Counted from the first letter of the stretch, positions 1 to 9,222 are shown. The stretch: DNA of 47,294 nt from Spongiibacteraceae bacterium (GCA_041591575.1 JBFHRT010000001.1:1-47294); one strand, 5' to 3'. Notes: generated from the letters alone by a model not told the origin. Numbers and translations: made by a program.

Positions 1-121
1 GACCATGAGCCAGTTCATCGACAGCTACAGCAGTGACGAAATCGCCGAGACCACCGTTCGCGTCGGCCTGGTCTCCATCCTTGTCACCGGCATGATCTAC
101 TGCATTGCCCTGCTGGCCTAA
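1..121 (+). CDS. 3-prime end of a CDS entering from the left edge, or a stand-alone 38-aa ORF with a hydrophobic tail
   Basis: Open frame from the window edge (ATG at 5) to TAA at 119-121: MSQFIDSYSSDEIAETTVRVGLVSILVTGMIYCIALLA*. The C-terminal stretch looks like one TM helix. A strong terminator hairpin follows 40 nt downstream. Too short for the supplied ORF track. Confidence 0.35.
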   Translation, partial: TMSQFIDSYSSDEIAETTVRVGLVSILVTGMIYCIALLA

Positions 122-161
122 GGCCGGCAACAGAATCACCCATCCAGGGATATGCGAGCTT

Positions 162-190
162 GAGTCCCCACGCGGGGACTCCTTTTTTTC
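162..190 (+). terminator. Rho-independent terminator
   Basis: Perfect 8-bp stem GAGTCCCC / GGGGACTC with loop ACGC (162-181), followed by CC and a T7 run (184-190). Confidence 0.8.
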
Positions 191-229
191 TCGCTTCGTG
201 CTAGGCTGCCGGCACCACTAATAACACGC

Positions 230-616
230 GTGCCGCCGATGAAACCGCTAGAAAAACACAGCTACATCCTGCTCAGCACCCTGAAGAAAAACGGCAACTT
301 CGTCGCCACCCCGGTGTGGTTTGCCAGCGACGGTGACACCCTCTACGCCTTCTCCGCCGGCGATGCCGGCAAGGTCAAGCGCCTGCGCAATTTCTCCGAG
401 GCCAAGGTGGCACCCTGCACCGTCGCCGGCAAGGCACTGGGCGCAGAACAAGACGCCCGCGCTGAAATCATGAATGATGCCGCCGGCATTGAGTACGCCC
501 ACCGCCTGCTGGTCAAGAAATACGGCTGGCAGATGCGCGCGCTGGATGTGCTCTCGGGCCTGGCCGGTCGCAAGCAGAAGCGCGAATTTATCCAGATCGA
601 GTTGGCCGGGGCTTAA
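230..616 (+). CDS. PPOX-class (pyridoxamine-5-phosphate-oxidase-like, FMN/F420-binding split-barrel) family protein
   Basis: 128-aa ORF. The pattern YILLSTLKKNGNFVATPVWF..DGDTLYAFSAGDAGKVKRLRN is typical of small PPOX-class proteins. GTG at 230, alternative ATG at 239. Confidence 0.75.
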   Translation: MPPMKPLEKHSYILLSTLKKNGNFVATPVWFASDGDTLYAFSAGDAGKVKRLRNFSEAKVAPCTVAGKALGAEQDARAEIMNDAAGIEYAHRLLVKKYGWQMRALDVLSGLAGRKQKREFIQIELAGA

Positions 617-621
617 CATTC

Positions 622-1029
622 ATGAGTGATGCAGCCATGGCGGACGAGCTAAGCGGCGCCGACAAGCTGGCCATCCACGAGCTGCTGGCGCGCTACACCC
701 ACGCCCTGGACTACGGCGACATCGAGTCCATGGGTAATATCTGGTGCCAGGACGCGCACTTTCTCGCCGACCAGCCAGCGGTGGATGTGCGCGGCCTCAA
801 TGCCCTGCAGCAGTTTTTTCGCGACACCGTGGCCGCGGTGCCTCATGTGCGCCACGTCATCAGCAATGTCTTCGTCGACGGCAGTGGCGATGCCGCCACC
901 CTGCAGGCCTACGTGCAGATCATCGACTTTCGCGACAAAACACTGGTGGCCGCCGGCCGCTACCGCGACCAGGTGGTACGCACCGCACTGGGCTGGCGTA
1001 TCCAAAAACGCCAATTTACCGCCAATTGA
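622..1029 (+). CDS. SnoaL-like / NTF2-fold family protein
   Basis: 135-aa ORF. The N-terminal DKLAIHELLARYTHALDYGDIESMGNIW.DAHF is the usual SnoaL_4/NTF2-like opening. It starts 6 nt after the preceding stop. Confidence 0.7.
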   Translation: MSDAAMADELSGADKLAIHELLARYTHALDYGDIESMGNIWCQDAHFLADQPAVDVRGLNALQQFFRDTVAAVPHVRHVISNVFVDGSGDAATLQAYVQIIDFRDKTLVAAGRYRDQVVRTALGWRIQKRQFTAN

Positions 1030-1096
1030 CGCCAGCCGGTTGACCCTCCCGGGCCGCTGCCCTACTTTCTGAGCCTCGTTAACCGGAGGCAGGAAC

Positions 1097-1555
1097 ATGG
1101 CCCGATCGCTGGAGCAGTGGCTGGACGAATACAACGCCAGCCACCAGAACCCCACCAACAAAAAAATTCACTTCGCCTGCGTGCCCGCCATCGCGGTGTG
1201 CACGGTGGCGCTGCTGTGGCTGCTGCCGATTCCCGGCACGCCGCTGAACGCCGGCATGGTGCTGGTGGCGCTGTCGGCGCTGTTTTACCTGCGCCTGTCG
1301 GTCAAACTGGCGCTGGGCATGCTGCCCTTTGTCGCCGCCGTGGTCGCCGGCATCTTCGCCTACCAGGCCCACATCAGCCTGCCGCTGTGGATTCCCGCCG
1401 CCGTGATCTGGATCGTGGCCTGGTACTTCCAGTTTGTCGGCCACAAGGCGGAGTCGGTGAAACCCTCTTTCTTCACTGACATTCTGTTCCTGCTGATTGG
1501 CCCGCTGTGGATTCTGGCCTTCGGCTACGACAAGCTGGGCATTCGCTACCGCTGA
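1097..1555 (+). CDS. DUF962 (Mpo1-like) membrane protein
   Basis: 152 aa. The N-terminus LEQWLDEYNASHQNPTNKKIHFACVP matches the DUF962 signature (Y..H.N..N..IH..C.P). Several hydrophobic helices follow. GGAGG Shine-Dalgarno lies upstream. Confidence 0.8.
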   Translation: MARSLEQWLDEYNASHQNPTNKKIHFACVPAIAVCTVALLWLLPIPGTPLNAGMVLVALSALFYLRLSVKLALGMLPFVAAVVAGIFAYQAHISLPLWIPAAVIWIVAWYFQFVGHKAESVKPSFFTDILFLLIGPLWILAFGYDKLGIRYR

Positions 1556-1635
1556 CCCCCTCGAAAGTTCACCGTGGACTGCACAGCCAACCCGTCGCGG
1601 TCCACCACGCCCCGCCTGGCACCATAGGAGTTTCC

Positions 1636-3825
1636 ATGCGCGCAACTTACCTGGCTGCCCTGAGTGTGGCAGTACTCACCCTGCTGGCGGGCTGCAACGG
1701 CTCAAGTTCCAGTTCCAGCAACAACCGTCAGGGCGGCCAGCCGACAGCGGCGGCGACCGACATTTATGCACTCGCCCGCGGCTGTTACCACCTGCAGAGC
1801 ACGAGCGGTGGCTATGTCAGCAGCACAGACAGCAGCTACACGACCACGGCCGCTGCGGCGAATGCCGAAGCCTTTTACATGCAGGCCACCGGCCTGGGCA
1901 GGTACCTGCTCTACGGCCGCGACGAACACATGCCGGCGGCCGTCGACGGCGCTGTCACCCGTGTCGCGGCTCCCAGCGACGAGGCCATCTGGAAGCTGTC
2001 CTACCAACCAGCCAGCAATACCTTTTTCCTGCGCACCAGCGACAATGAACAGCTGAGCGTAAACAACAGTGGTGAGCTGGTGATCGCCAGCTCGGGCAAC
2101 GGCTTCCGCCTTGTGCCGGCACAGATACGCTGCACCGCCTTCCCGGAAATGCCCATCGGCATCAGCGGCGACGACAGCTACAAGGGCCGCGGCGTCGACC
2201 AGCCCATCGTCGGCTTTGCCGAGGTGCACACCCATATGGGCATGTCCAGCGAACTGTCGGCCGACGACAGCGTTGGCCCCTCCGCCGGCGGCGTGCTCTA
2301 CGGTCAGGTTTTCCACCGCCTCGGCGTCGCCCATGCATTGCACGACTGCGAGGAATTTCACGGCCCCAACGGCATCCGCGATGCCAATAACATCCTCGAG
2401 CAGAACCCCACCGGCAACCACGACACCCAGGGTTGGCCGACCTTTGTCGACTGGCCCGCGCGCAATTTCCTCACCCACCAGGTGATGTATTACCGCTGGG
2501 TGGAGCGCGCCTGGCGCGCCGGCCTGCGGGTGATGGTCAACCACGGCACCAATATCAAGGCGCTGTGCGAACTCGGGCGCAGCTACGCGCTGCAACCCGA
2601 TGCCGACTGCGATGACATGAGCATCGCCCTCAAGCAGATCGACTACCTCTATGAAGTGCAGGACTACATCGACGCCCAGCACGGCGGCCCCGGCAAGGGC
2701 TGGTACCGCATCGTCAAGAGTCCACTGGAGGCCCGGCAGGTCATCAACGACGGCAAGCTGGCGGTGATCCTCGGCGTCGAAGTCGCCGAGGTGTTCGACT
2801 GCGGCGTGCGCTTCCAGCCCGACGGCTCAGAGCAGCGGCTGTGCGATACCGCCCAGATCGACCAGCAGATCGACATGCTGTGGGAGCGGGGCGTGCGCCA
2901 TGTCTATCCCTACCACGATATCGACAGTTCGCTGGGCGGCGCCGGGATTTTCAGCGGCGACGTGCTCAATTTCCTCAATTTCATGCAGACCAACCGCTTC
3001 TGGAAAACCACCGAGTGCCGGGATTATCCCGAAGACGAGCCGATGGTGCGCAAGCCCGGCTCCGAGATGACCACCGCCTTCCCCTACCAGGGTGACGACC
3101 CGCTGAGCACCGCCTTTTTTGAACATACCGGCGGCATAGTGCCGCTCTATCCCGCGGGCCAACGCTGCAATGCGCGCACCGTCACCGACCTGGGCGAGCA
3201 CGCGCTGCGTGCACTGATGAAAAAGCGCATGATCATCGACATCGACCACGCCGCCTACCACAGCAAGGACCGCATGCTGGCAATCGCCGCCGAGCAGAGC
3301 CCGGCCTATCCGATGGTCTCCTCGCACAATGCCCACGGTGGCCTCACCAGCGACCAGGCCATCCAACTGCTCAAGGACGGCGGCACCATCTACCCCTACA
3401 AGGGCAACGGCAGCGACCACGCCAGCTTTCTGGAAAAACTCAAGTACTGGCGCGCCAAGGCCGGCCTGCCCAATGACGCCCAGCACCTGGCACTGGGCTA
3501 CGGCGCCGACGGCAACGGCTTCGGCGGCCACGCCGGACCCCGCGGCGGCGATGCCAAGCCGGTGCGATACCCATTCGAACTATTTCAGGGCGAGGACTGG
3601 GGGCCGCAGTTCAACCATATCGCCCCCGTCAGCGTGGCCATGCTCACCATTCTCGACAGCGGCAAGTTCTGGCATATCGACGAGGTGGGCATGGCCCACT
3701 ACGGCATGGTCGCCGACTTTGTCGAGGAGGTGCGGCTGGAATCTGGCGAAGAGGGCCTGAGCGCGCTGTACAACTCGGCCGAGGAATTTATCCAGATGTG
3801 GGAACGGGTCTGGAACAGGAACTGA
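1636..3825 (+). CDS. Lipoprotein with a membrane-dipeptidase (peptidase M19 / amidohydrolase TIM-barrel)-like catalytic domain and an extra ~200-aa N-terminal domain
   Basis: ATG at 1636 is preceded by AGGAG. Lipobox MRATYLAALSVAVLTLLAGC followed by a Ser-rich tether. M19-like metal-ligand motifs occur in the correct order: FAEVHTHMG, LGVEVAE, IIDIDHAAYH, VSSHNAHGG, YGADGNGFGG. The ORF-track start at 1507 overlaps the previous gene and lacks a signal peptide. Confidence 0.7.
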   Translation: MRATYLAALSVAVLTLLAGCNGSSSSSSNNRQGGQPTAAATDIYALARGCYHLQSTSGGYVSSTDSSYTTTAAAANAEAFYMQATGLGRYLLYGRDEHMPAAVDGAVTRVAAPSDEAIWKLSYQPASNTFFLRTSDNEQLSVNNSGELVIASSGNGFRLVPAQIRCTAFPEMPIGISGDDSYKGRGVDQPIVGFAEVHTHMGMSSELSADDSVGPSAGGVLYGQVFHRLGVAHALHDCEEFHGPNGIRDANNILEQNPTGNHDTQGWPTFVDWPARNFLTHQVMYYRWVERAWRAGLRVMVNHGTNIKALCELGRSYALQPDADCDDMSIALKQIDYLYEVQDYIDAQHGGPGKGWYRIVKSPLEARQVINDGKLAVILGVEVAEVFDCGVRFQPDGSEQRLCDTAQIDQQIDMLWERGVRHVYPYHDIDSSLGGAGIFSGDVLNFLNFMQTNRFWKTTECRDYPEDEPMVRKPGSEMTTAFPYQGDDPLSTAFFEHTGGIVPLYPAGQRCNARTVTDLGEHALRALMKKRMIIDIDHAAYHSKDRMLAIAAEQSPAYPMVSSHNAHGGLTSDQAIQLLKDGGTIYPYKGNGSDHASFLEKLKYWRAKAGLPNDAQHLALGYGADGNGFGGHAGPRGGDAKPVRYPFELFQGEDWGPQFNHIAPVSVAMLTILDSGKFWHIDEVGMAHYGMVADFVEEVRLESGEEGLSALYNSAEEFIQMWERVWNRN

Positions 3826-3828
3826 GCC

Positions 3829-4203
3829 GTGCTGCGCCATATTCTTCTAGTCAGTATCGCGGCGCTGCTGCTCGCCGGCCTGTGGCTGGCGTTAAAACCT
3901 GCCCCACCGAGCGCGGTGCCGCCTGCGCCGGCGGCGCCGCGCCTGTTTGCATTCAGCATTGCTGGCGGCCAAGCCAGCGGCCCGGCGGTGATGAAAGTCC
4001 AGCAGGGCGACACCGTACGGCTGCGTGTGGTCAGCGACAGCGCCGATCACCTGCACCTGCACGGCTACGAGCTGGCCGCCGAGCTGCAGCCCGGCACCCC
4101 GCTGACGCTGAAATTCGTCGCCGCCCACAGCGGCCGTTTTGAACTGGAGCTACACCACTCCCATGCCAGCCTCGGCAACCTGGAAGTCTACCCCCGGCCC
4201 TAA
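3829..4203 (+). CDS. Small membrane-anchored or secreted cupredoxin-like protein, Cys-less and His-rich
   Basis: GTG start 3 nt after the lipoprotein stop. N-terminal hydrophobic helix. MKVQQGDTVRLRVVSDSADHLHLHGY...LKFVAAHSGRFELELHHSH fits a cupredoxin beta-sandwich pattern, but there is no Cys ligand; the His clusters HLHLH and HHSH replace it. Confidence 0.6.
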   Translation: MLRHILLVSIAALLLAGLWLALKPAPPSAVPPAPAAPRLFAFSIAGGQASGPAVMKVQQGDTVRLRVVSDSADHLHLHGYELAAELQPGTPLTLKFVAAHSGRFELELHHSHASLGNLEVYPRP

Positions 4204-5644
4204 ACTCGCCGCGCTCGCCCTGTTCAGCGCGGGCGAGGCCGCCGCGCACTCCTTCGCCCAGCCCTACCAGCTACCCATGCCCTATTGGATGTACATCTAC
4301 GGCGCGGTGGCGGCGCTGGCACTGTCTTTTGTGGTGGTGGGGCTGTTTGTCGGCGCCGGCGCCGCGAACCAGCCGGCGCAATCACTGCCGCTGGGCGACA
4401 GCCGCGCGATAAAAGCCCTGCGCCGGCTGCGGCTGCTCCACATCGCCAAGCTGCTCAGCGTGATGGCCCTGCTGCTGTGTATCGCCAGCGGCCTGCTGGG
4501 CACGCGCGACCCCTACCGCAATATCAACATGACCTTTTTCTGGCTGGTGTTCGCGCTGGGTTTCAGCTATTTCACCGCCCTGTTCGGCAACTGGTACGCG
4601 GTACTCAACCCCTGGAAGCTGCTGGCAGAGGGTGTCGGCAAATGCTGCCGCAATTTTATCCGCGGTCGCTTTCGGTACCCACCGCAACTGGCCTACTGGC
4701 CGGCGCTGGCCCTGTACATGGCCTTTATCTGGCTGGAGCTGCTGGGCAATACCCGCCCCTTTTCGCTGTCGGTGGCGCTGCTGGTCTACAGCCTGATCAA
4801 CCTCGCCGGCGTCTACCTGGTGGGGCTGCGCAGCTGGTTTCAATACTGCGAGTTTTTTGCCGTGTTTATGCGCCTGCTGGCACTGTTGGCGCCGCTGCGT
4901 TATCGCCCAGACGCCACCGGGCCGCAGCGTCTGTGCTTGCGCTGGCCGGGCGCCGGCATCCTGGAAGAGCGCGCAGAACACTTTAGCCTGCTGCTGTTTT
5001 TGCTGTTTATGCTCTCCTCCACCGCCTTCGACGGCCTGCGCGAGACCGCGCTGTGGTTCAACCTGTTCTGGAAGGACCCCACCGGCATCGTCGAGTGGCT
5101 GGCCGGAAAACAGCCGATGTTAGCCTACCCCTGGCTGCGGCCCTGGTATGTGCTCTATGAGAGCCTGTGGATTGTCGCCTCGCCCTTTCTCTACCTGGCG
5201 CTGTTCTGGCTGTTTCTGGGGCTGGGCAAGTGGCTGACACGCAGCCCGATGCCGGTGAGCCAGCTGGCCCTGCACTTCGCCTACAGCCTGCTGCCCATCG
5301 TGCTGGTCTACCACTTCACCCACTACTACACCCTGCTGCTGAGCCAGGGAGTGAAAATTCGCGCCCTTATCTCCGACCCTTTCGGCTGGGGCTGGGACCT
5401 GTTCGGCACCGCCCACACCCTGCGCGCGCCGCTGCTGCCAGACATGGGGCTGGTGTGGAATATTCAGGTGTGGATGATTCTGCTCGGCCATGTCGCCAGC
5501 GTCTACCTCGCCCACCGCATCGCCCTGCAGCTGTTTCCCAGCCAGCGCCAGGCAACACTGAGCCAGCTGCCCATGCTGATGCTGATGGTGCTGTTCACCG
5601 GCGCCGGGCTGTGGATTCTGGCGCAGCCGCTGCAGGGCAACTAA
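4163..5644 (+). CDS. Polytopic inner-membrane protein of unknown family with a predicted cleavable signal peptide
   Basis: Long ORF with 10 or more hydrophobic segments. The ATG at 4163 gives MPASATWKSTPGPKLAALALFSAGEAAA|HSF (AxA cleavage site, mature N-terminal His). It overlaps the cupredoxin gene by 41 nt. An alternative in-frame ATG lies at 4139. Confidence 0.65.
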   Translation: MPASATWKSTPGPKLAALALFSAGEAAAHSFAQPYQLPMPYWMYIYGAVAALALSFVVVGLFVGAGAANQPAQSLPLGDSRAIKALRRLRLLHIAKLLSVMALLLCIASGLLGTRDPYRNINMTFFWLVFALGFSYFTALFGNWYAVLNPWKLLAEGVGKCCRNFIRGRFRYPPQLAYWPALALYMAFIWLELLGNTRPFSLSVALLVYSLINLAGVYLVGLRSWFQYCEFFAVFMRLLALLAPLRYRPDATGPQRLCLRWPGAGILEERAEHFSLLLFLLFMLSSTAFDGLRETALWFNLFWKDPTGIVEWLAGKQPMLAYPWLRPWYVLYESLWIVASPFLYLALFWLFLGLGKWLTRSPMPVSQLALHFAYSLLPIVLVYHFTHYYTLLLSQGVKIRALISDPFGWGWDLFGTAHTLRAPLLPDMGLVWNIQVWMILLGHVASVYLAHRIALQLFPSQRQATLSQLPMLMLMVLFTGAGLWILAQPLQGN

Positions 5645-5677
5645 CCTCCGGGCCGCCGTGCCATAGCACCGATAACT

Positions 5678-5765
5678 CCCGTCATCCCGTGGCGCGCTGA
5701 CCTCCCCCAGTCGCGGCCATTGAGCAGGAGATTGCCGCGCCGCCAGCGGCGGCTCGCAATGACGG
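5678..5765 (-). repeat. REP/MITE-like nested-hairpin element, copy A (degenerate left arm)
   Basis: The right arm GGAGATTGCCGCGCC..GGCTCGCAATGACGG is well preserved. The left arm CCCGTCATCCCGTGGCGCG is degenerate. Intergenic, between the membrane-protein gene and phhB. Confidence 0.7.
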
Positions 5766-5869
5766 CTTCGCCCCGCGTTTTGGGTCTTGCCTCTGGCGCT
5801 GATCCACACTGGCGCCGACGCCGATTTTGGCCCAGCATAAACACATCGCCAATCGCCGGGAGGGACACC

Positions 5870-6205
5870 ATGACCAAACTGCATGAAATGGCCTGCGAGG
5901 CCTGCCGCGCCGGCGCCCCCACAGTCAGTGAGGAAGAGATGGCCGAGCTGCTCAAGGAGATTCCCGACTGGCAGCCATTGGCCGAGGACGGGGTGCTAAA
6001 GCTGCGCCGCCGCTTTGAATTCAAGAACTTTGTTGAAGCCCTGGCCTTCAGCAACCGCGTCGGCGAGCTGGCCGAGCAGCAGGGTCACCACCCAGAACTG
6101 CTCACCGAGTGGGGAGCTACCACCGTGACCTGGTGGACCCACAAGATTCGCGGCCTGCACAAGACCGATTTCATCATGGCGGCCAGGACCGACCGGCTGA
6201 CCTGA
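5870..6205 (+). CDS. phhB: Pterin-4-alpha-carbinolamine dehydratase (4a-hydroxytetrahydrobiopterin dehydratase)
   Basis: 111 aa starting at the ATG at 5870 (GGGAGGGA upstream). C..C near the N-terminus, and ...[27 protein letters not shown]...W.THK is the PCD/DCoH signature. The ORF-track extension to 5720 runs through repeat copy A. Confidence 0.9.
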   Translation: MTKLHEMACEACRAGAPTVSEEEMAELLKEIPDWQPLAEDGVLKLRRRFEFKNFVEALAFSNRVGELAEQQGHHPELLTEWGATTVTWWTHKIRGLHKTDFIMAARTDRLT

Positions 6206-6213
6206 AGCGCCGC

Positions 6214-8880
6214 TTACAGCGTCTTCAGGTAGTCGATCAGCTGGCCCTTGTCGTCGTCGCTGAGTTCGCAGCCGAACTCGTGGCCGGCCAGCGGCTGCCA
6301 GTCCTGCAGGCAGATGCCATCGCCGTTGTTGGCCTTGTAGGTCTCCAGCCCCTCGGAACTGGTCAGGTCATAGCCCATGCAGAATGTTTGGCTGCGCTGC
6401 TCAGCCGTTTCGCGCCGGGTGCCCGCACGGCACAGCAGTTCGTCCAGATCGCGCAGCTGGCCGTGGTGCAGCAGCTCGGACTTGTAGCGCACGCCGGTCA
6501 GCCGCTGGGCCTTCACCCCCTGCGACAGCTTGCCCAGTTTTGCCAGCTCCGGATTGACACCGGCGCGGCCGGTTTCAGGGTCGGGCTGGGCAAAGCGCCC
6601 GTAGGTGGGGTCGGTGGCGATAAAGCCGACAAAGCGCGAAATATCTTCTTCGATATCGACATCGGCCGGCACCTCGGTGTAAACCGGTCGGCAGTGATGG
6701 TAGGTGGGCTCGGGTGGAACAGTGTCGCTCCATTCCACCGGGCGCTGGTCCGGTGCGCACAGCGGTATTTCCGTCAATTCCTCGCGCTGGCCAAACAGGA
6801 ACACACCACTGCTCTGGCCGCTGGGCCCGTCGTGGCAGGCCTGACACTCCTGTTCAAACAGCTTGGCGCCGCGCTGGATGTCGGCATTAGCAACAGCCAC
6901 ATCATTGACCGGATACGGTGTTTTCAGCGATTCGATATAGGCCACCAGCGGCTGAACATATTCGCTGCGAACACGGCAGCTGCCGTTGGGTGAGGCCTCC
7001 CAGTTGCCGACGATATTGGGATCGTCGCATTCCACAAAGCGCGGGTCGACAGAGCCGCTGAGCATCACGAAACCGGAGGCAAACTGGGTGAGACTGCGGC
7101 CGGTGCCGGCCATGGACAGCATCTGTGTGTTGCGCCCACCCGCGGTGCGCATATTGGGGTGGGCATCCAAAGTCGCCTGGTCGGGAATACCGACCACATT
7201 GGCGATTTTGCTCAGCGTCCACACCAGATCGTCCGACAACGGCCTCAGCAGAAAATCCAGCACATTGAAGCCGGCATTGATCAGCAGGTCCTGATCGCTC
7301 ACGCTCAGCATCGGCGCGCTCAGCAGTTGGGGATTGCCCAGCGCGGCCAGCAGCTGACTAAACTCACGCCAGTACTCGATGTTCCAGCGCAGCCCCGAAC
7401 AGCTTTCGGCCATGTTCTTGAAGGTTTGGCTGGGGTCCGGCGATGGCTCAAACTGCGCCCATTCCACATCCTCGCCCGCACCGATCATCGCCGGCGTCAT
7501 TGGCGCGGGCAGGCAGTAGGCGACACCGTAGAACTCTTTCATCGCCATCACCCATTCGCCGGTGGTGACCGTGCCGTTTTTTTCCTGCAACAACGCCAGC
7601 ATATCGTCGGCGATTTGCCGGTAGGCGTCGGGCCCGCGCTGCGCATTGTGGTGATCGCAGCGCAACAGCTCACCGTAGCGCCCGTAATAACAGGTGCCCA
7701 GCTTGAGGTCGTTCATCATCGCCTCGTAGGCCGGGCCGTAGTGCGCGTGCGCGGTGGAGGGGTTGTTGAACATCATGCCGGGGTGCATATTCATGGTCGT
7801 CATAAATTCCCCGACCTTCTTCATTTCCGGCACGTACTCGGCAAAGACCGCCAGCAGCTCGCCAAACCGCGGATCCTGCTGACTCGTCATCGCCGCCGTA
7901 CTGACCTGGGTGGGCGCCAGAAACCCCGTTAACAACTGGCCGTAGTTCAGGTGCTGGTTGGCCATGCCCACCGCATAACGCCCATCGGGCAGGCGCCCCA
8001 TGTGGCAGCCGGCACAGGCGAAACCAGCACCGTCGAAACCAAAGCTCTTTTTCGGCCCGAGCTGAAAGCCCACCGGCAGCTGGTCGTCGGCCACCAAGGT
8101 GTAGACCTCCTGCCAGGTATCCTCGGTGGCCACCGGCCCCTCGACGGTCTGACAGTTACTGAAGCCAGCGTCGCACTGCTGACGCTGGCCGCGCTCGCCG
8201 GCCGCCAGTGGCACCACATCGGTCACCACTCGCTTGAAATGTCGATTTGGCGTATAGCCCAGCTTTTCAAACTCATTACCGAAAAATTGCGGAAACCACT
8301 TCTCGTTGAACTCGACCATCATTTTTGGCAGGCCCTCGGTGGACCAATGCTCGTAAAAGAACTGGTACTTGCCGCAGAGGATCTTCTGCTCTTCGGTCTT
8401 CACCACCGGTTCGCCGCCCCAGCCAAAATATTTGTCGCAGGCGGTGGTGCCGTCGGGAGCTATCAGTCGGTCGTGTTCGAGGATGTCGTCAATGGTGTTG
8501 CCCACATCCACCGTGTGCGCGGCATTGGCATTGACGCCGTCGCGCGGCCCGAATAGGGAAAAGGGCTCGATGGCCTTGGCCGCCTCTCCGCCGCCATGGC
8601 CTCCACTACTTCCATTACCTCCATTGCCACCGCTACCGCCGCCTCCATTTCCAGCACTGCCGCCCGAACCGGAGCCCCCAGTACCGGCGCCGGCATTGCC
8701 GCCGTCTACCAGCGGCGCTGGCGGCGCCCGGCGATCGTCACGGGAGTCGGAGTCGGCGTTGCAGGCAGTCAGCAGCAGCGCCAGCGCCGCGGCAGCCAGC
8801 GCCGGCAGTGTGCCGTGGCTGCGGGCTGAAGGAATGTGGCGCGTAGCGCAGCCGGGTAGGATCTTATCGTTATGATGCAT
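6214..8880 (-). CDS. Di-haem cytochrome c lipoprotein, CCP/MauG-superfamily-like, long form (888 aa)
   Basis: ATG at 8880. Lipobox LALLLTAC followed by a Gly/Ser/Asn tether (GGNAGAGTGGSGSGGSAGNGGGGSGGNGGNGSSGGHGGG). Two CxxCH motifs (CAGCH, CQACH). The C-terminal LLHHGQLRDLDELL resembles the CCP (Y/F)xH(D/N)Gxxx(T/S)L motif. Paralogue of 27051-28553. Confidence 0.8.
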   Translation of the reverse strand: MHHNDKILPGCATRHIPSARSHGTLPALAAAALALLLTACNADSDSRDDRRAPPAPLVDGGNAGAGTGGSGSGGSAGNGGGGSGGNGGNGSSGGHGGGEAAKAIEPFSLFGPRDGVNANAAHTVDVGNTIDDILEHDRLIAPDGTTACDKYFGWGGEPVVKTEEQKILCGKYQFFYEHWSTEGLPKMMVEFNEKWFPQFFGNEFEKLGYTPNRHFKRVVTDVVPLAAGERGQRQQCDAGFSNCQTVEGPVATEDTWQEVYTLVADDQLPVGFQLGPKKSFGFDGAGFACAGCHMGRLPDGRYAVGMANQHLNYGQLLTGFLAPTQVSTAAMTSQQDPRFGELLAVFAEYVPEMKKVGEFMTTMNMHPGMMFNNPSTAHAHYGPAYEAMMNDLKLGTCYYGRYGELLRCDHHNAQRGPDAYRQIADDMLALLQEKNGTVTTGEWVMAMKEFYGVAYCLPAPMTPAMIGAGEDVEWAQFEPSPDPSQTFKNMAESCSGLRWNIEYWREFSQLLAALGNPQLLSAPMLSVSDQDLLINAGFNVLDFLLRPLSDDLVWTLSKIANVVGIPDQATLDAHPNMRTAGGRNTQMLSMAGTGRSLTQFASGFVMLSGSVDPRFVECDDPNIVGNWEASPNGSCRVRSEYVQPLVAYIESLKTPYPVNDVAVANADIQRGAKLFEQECQACHDGPSGQSSGVFLFGQREELTEIPLCAPDQRPVEWSDTVPPEPTYHHCRPVYTEVPADVDIEEDISRFVGFIATDPTYGRFAQPDPETGRAGVNPELAKLGKLSQGVKAQRLTGVRYKSELLHHGQLRDLDELLCRAGTRRETAEQRSQTFCMGYDLTSSEGLETYKANNGDGICLQDWQPLAGHEFGCELSDDDKGQLIDYLKTL

Positions 8881-8947
8881 CGCAGTGGCCTCACTGGTCG
8901 GCGGTTTTTTTACCCAATATGTCCCAACCCTAACCGCCACCACAATA

Positions 8948-8969
8948 AAAATCAATATTGTTTGTTTTT
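8948..8969. promoter_or_regulatory. AT-rich inverted-repeat operator candidate, site a
   Basis: AAAATCA-atattgtt-TGTTTTT, 68 nt upstream of the start codon at 8880 (minus-strand gene). Confidence 0.55.
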
Positions 8970-9020
8970 ATTTCAAGAGTCGCGAAAACACCGGTCAAAA
9001 GCTAGAAAACAAGAATGCTC

Positions 9021-9085
9021 GGCCAGTTGGGTGGGAAGCGGAGGGAGATCGCCGCGTCGCTGAAAAACGCTCCTCGCGATGACGG
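9021..9085 (+). repeat. REP/MITE-like element, half copy (loop plus right arm only)
   Basis: ..GTGGGAAGCGGAGGGAGATCGCCGCGTCGCTGAAAAACGCTCCTCGCGATGACGG. No left arm is present. Confidence 0.6.
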
Positions 9086-9095
9086 GAGTCTTTCC

Positions 9096-9222
9096 CGCGT
9101 CATTGCAAGGACCCGGACCGCGCTGCTTAGCGGGCCGGAGACGCGGCAATCTCGGCCAGGGTGGCAGGGACTCAGATAGATCTCCACGCCACATCGAAAA
9201 GCGATGCCGTTGGCGATGACGG
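9096..9222 (+). repeat. REP/MITE-like nested-hairpin element, copy B (expanded, 127 bp)
   Basis: Left arm CGCGTCATTGCAAGG..GACGCGGCAATCTC, core GGTGGCAGGGAC, degenerate right arm ..GATCTCC..GGCGATGACGG. Lies just downstream of the acyl-CoA ligase stop codon. Confidence 0.65.

Noticed and set aside
1507-1635. N-terminal extensions given by the ORF track for several genes (1507 for the lipoprotein, 5720 for phhB, 24978 for the GST, 29189 for the Rieske gene, 26997 for the short di-haem protein, 8955 for the long one).
   Set aside because: The extensions either overlap the preceding gene, run through a REP-like element, or bury an otherwise N-terminal signal peptide or lipobox. Internal ATGs with Shine-Dalgarno sequences give proteins of normal family length.
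8590-8705. A low-complexity, GC-rich repetitive DNA stretch inside 6214-8880, considered as a possible independent repeat or slippage-prone tract.
   Set aside because: It encodes the in-frame Gly/Ser/Asn tether directly after the lipobox Cys, a common lipoprotein linker. There is no exact tandem unit long enough to suggest phase variation.
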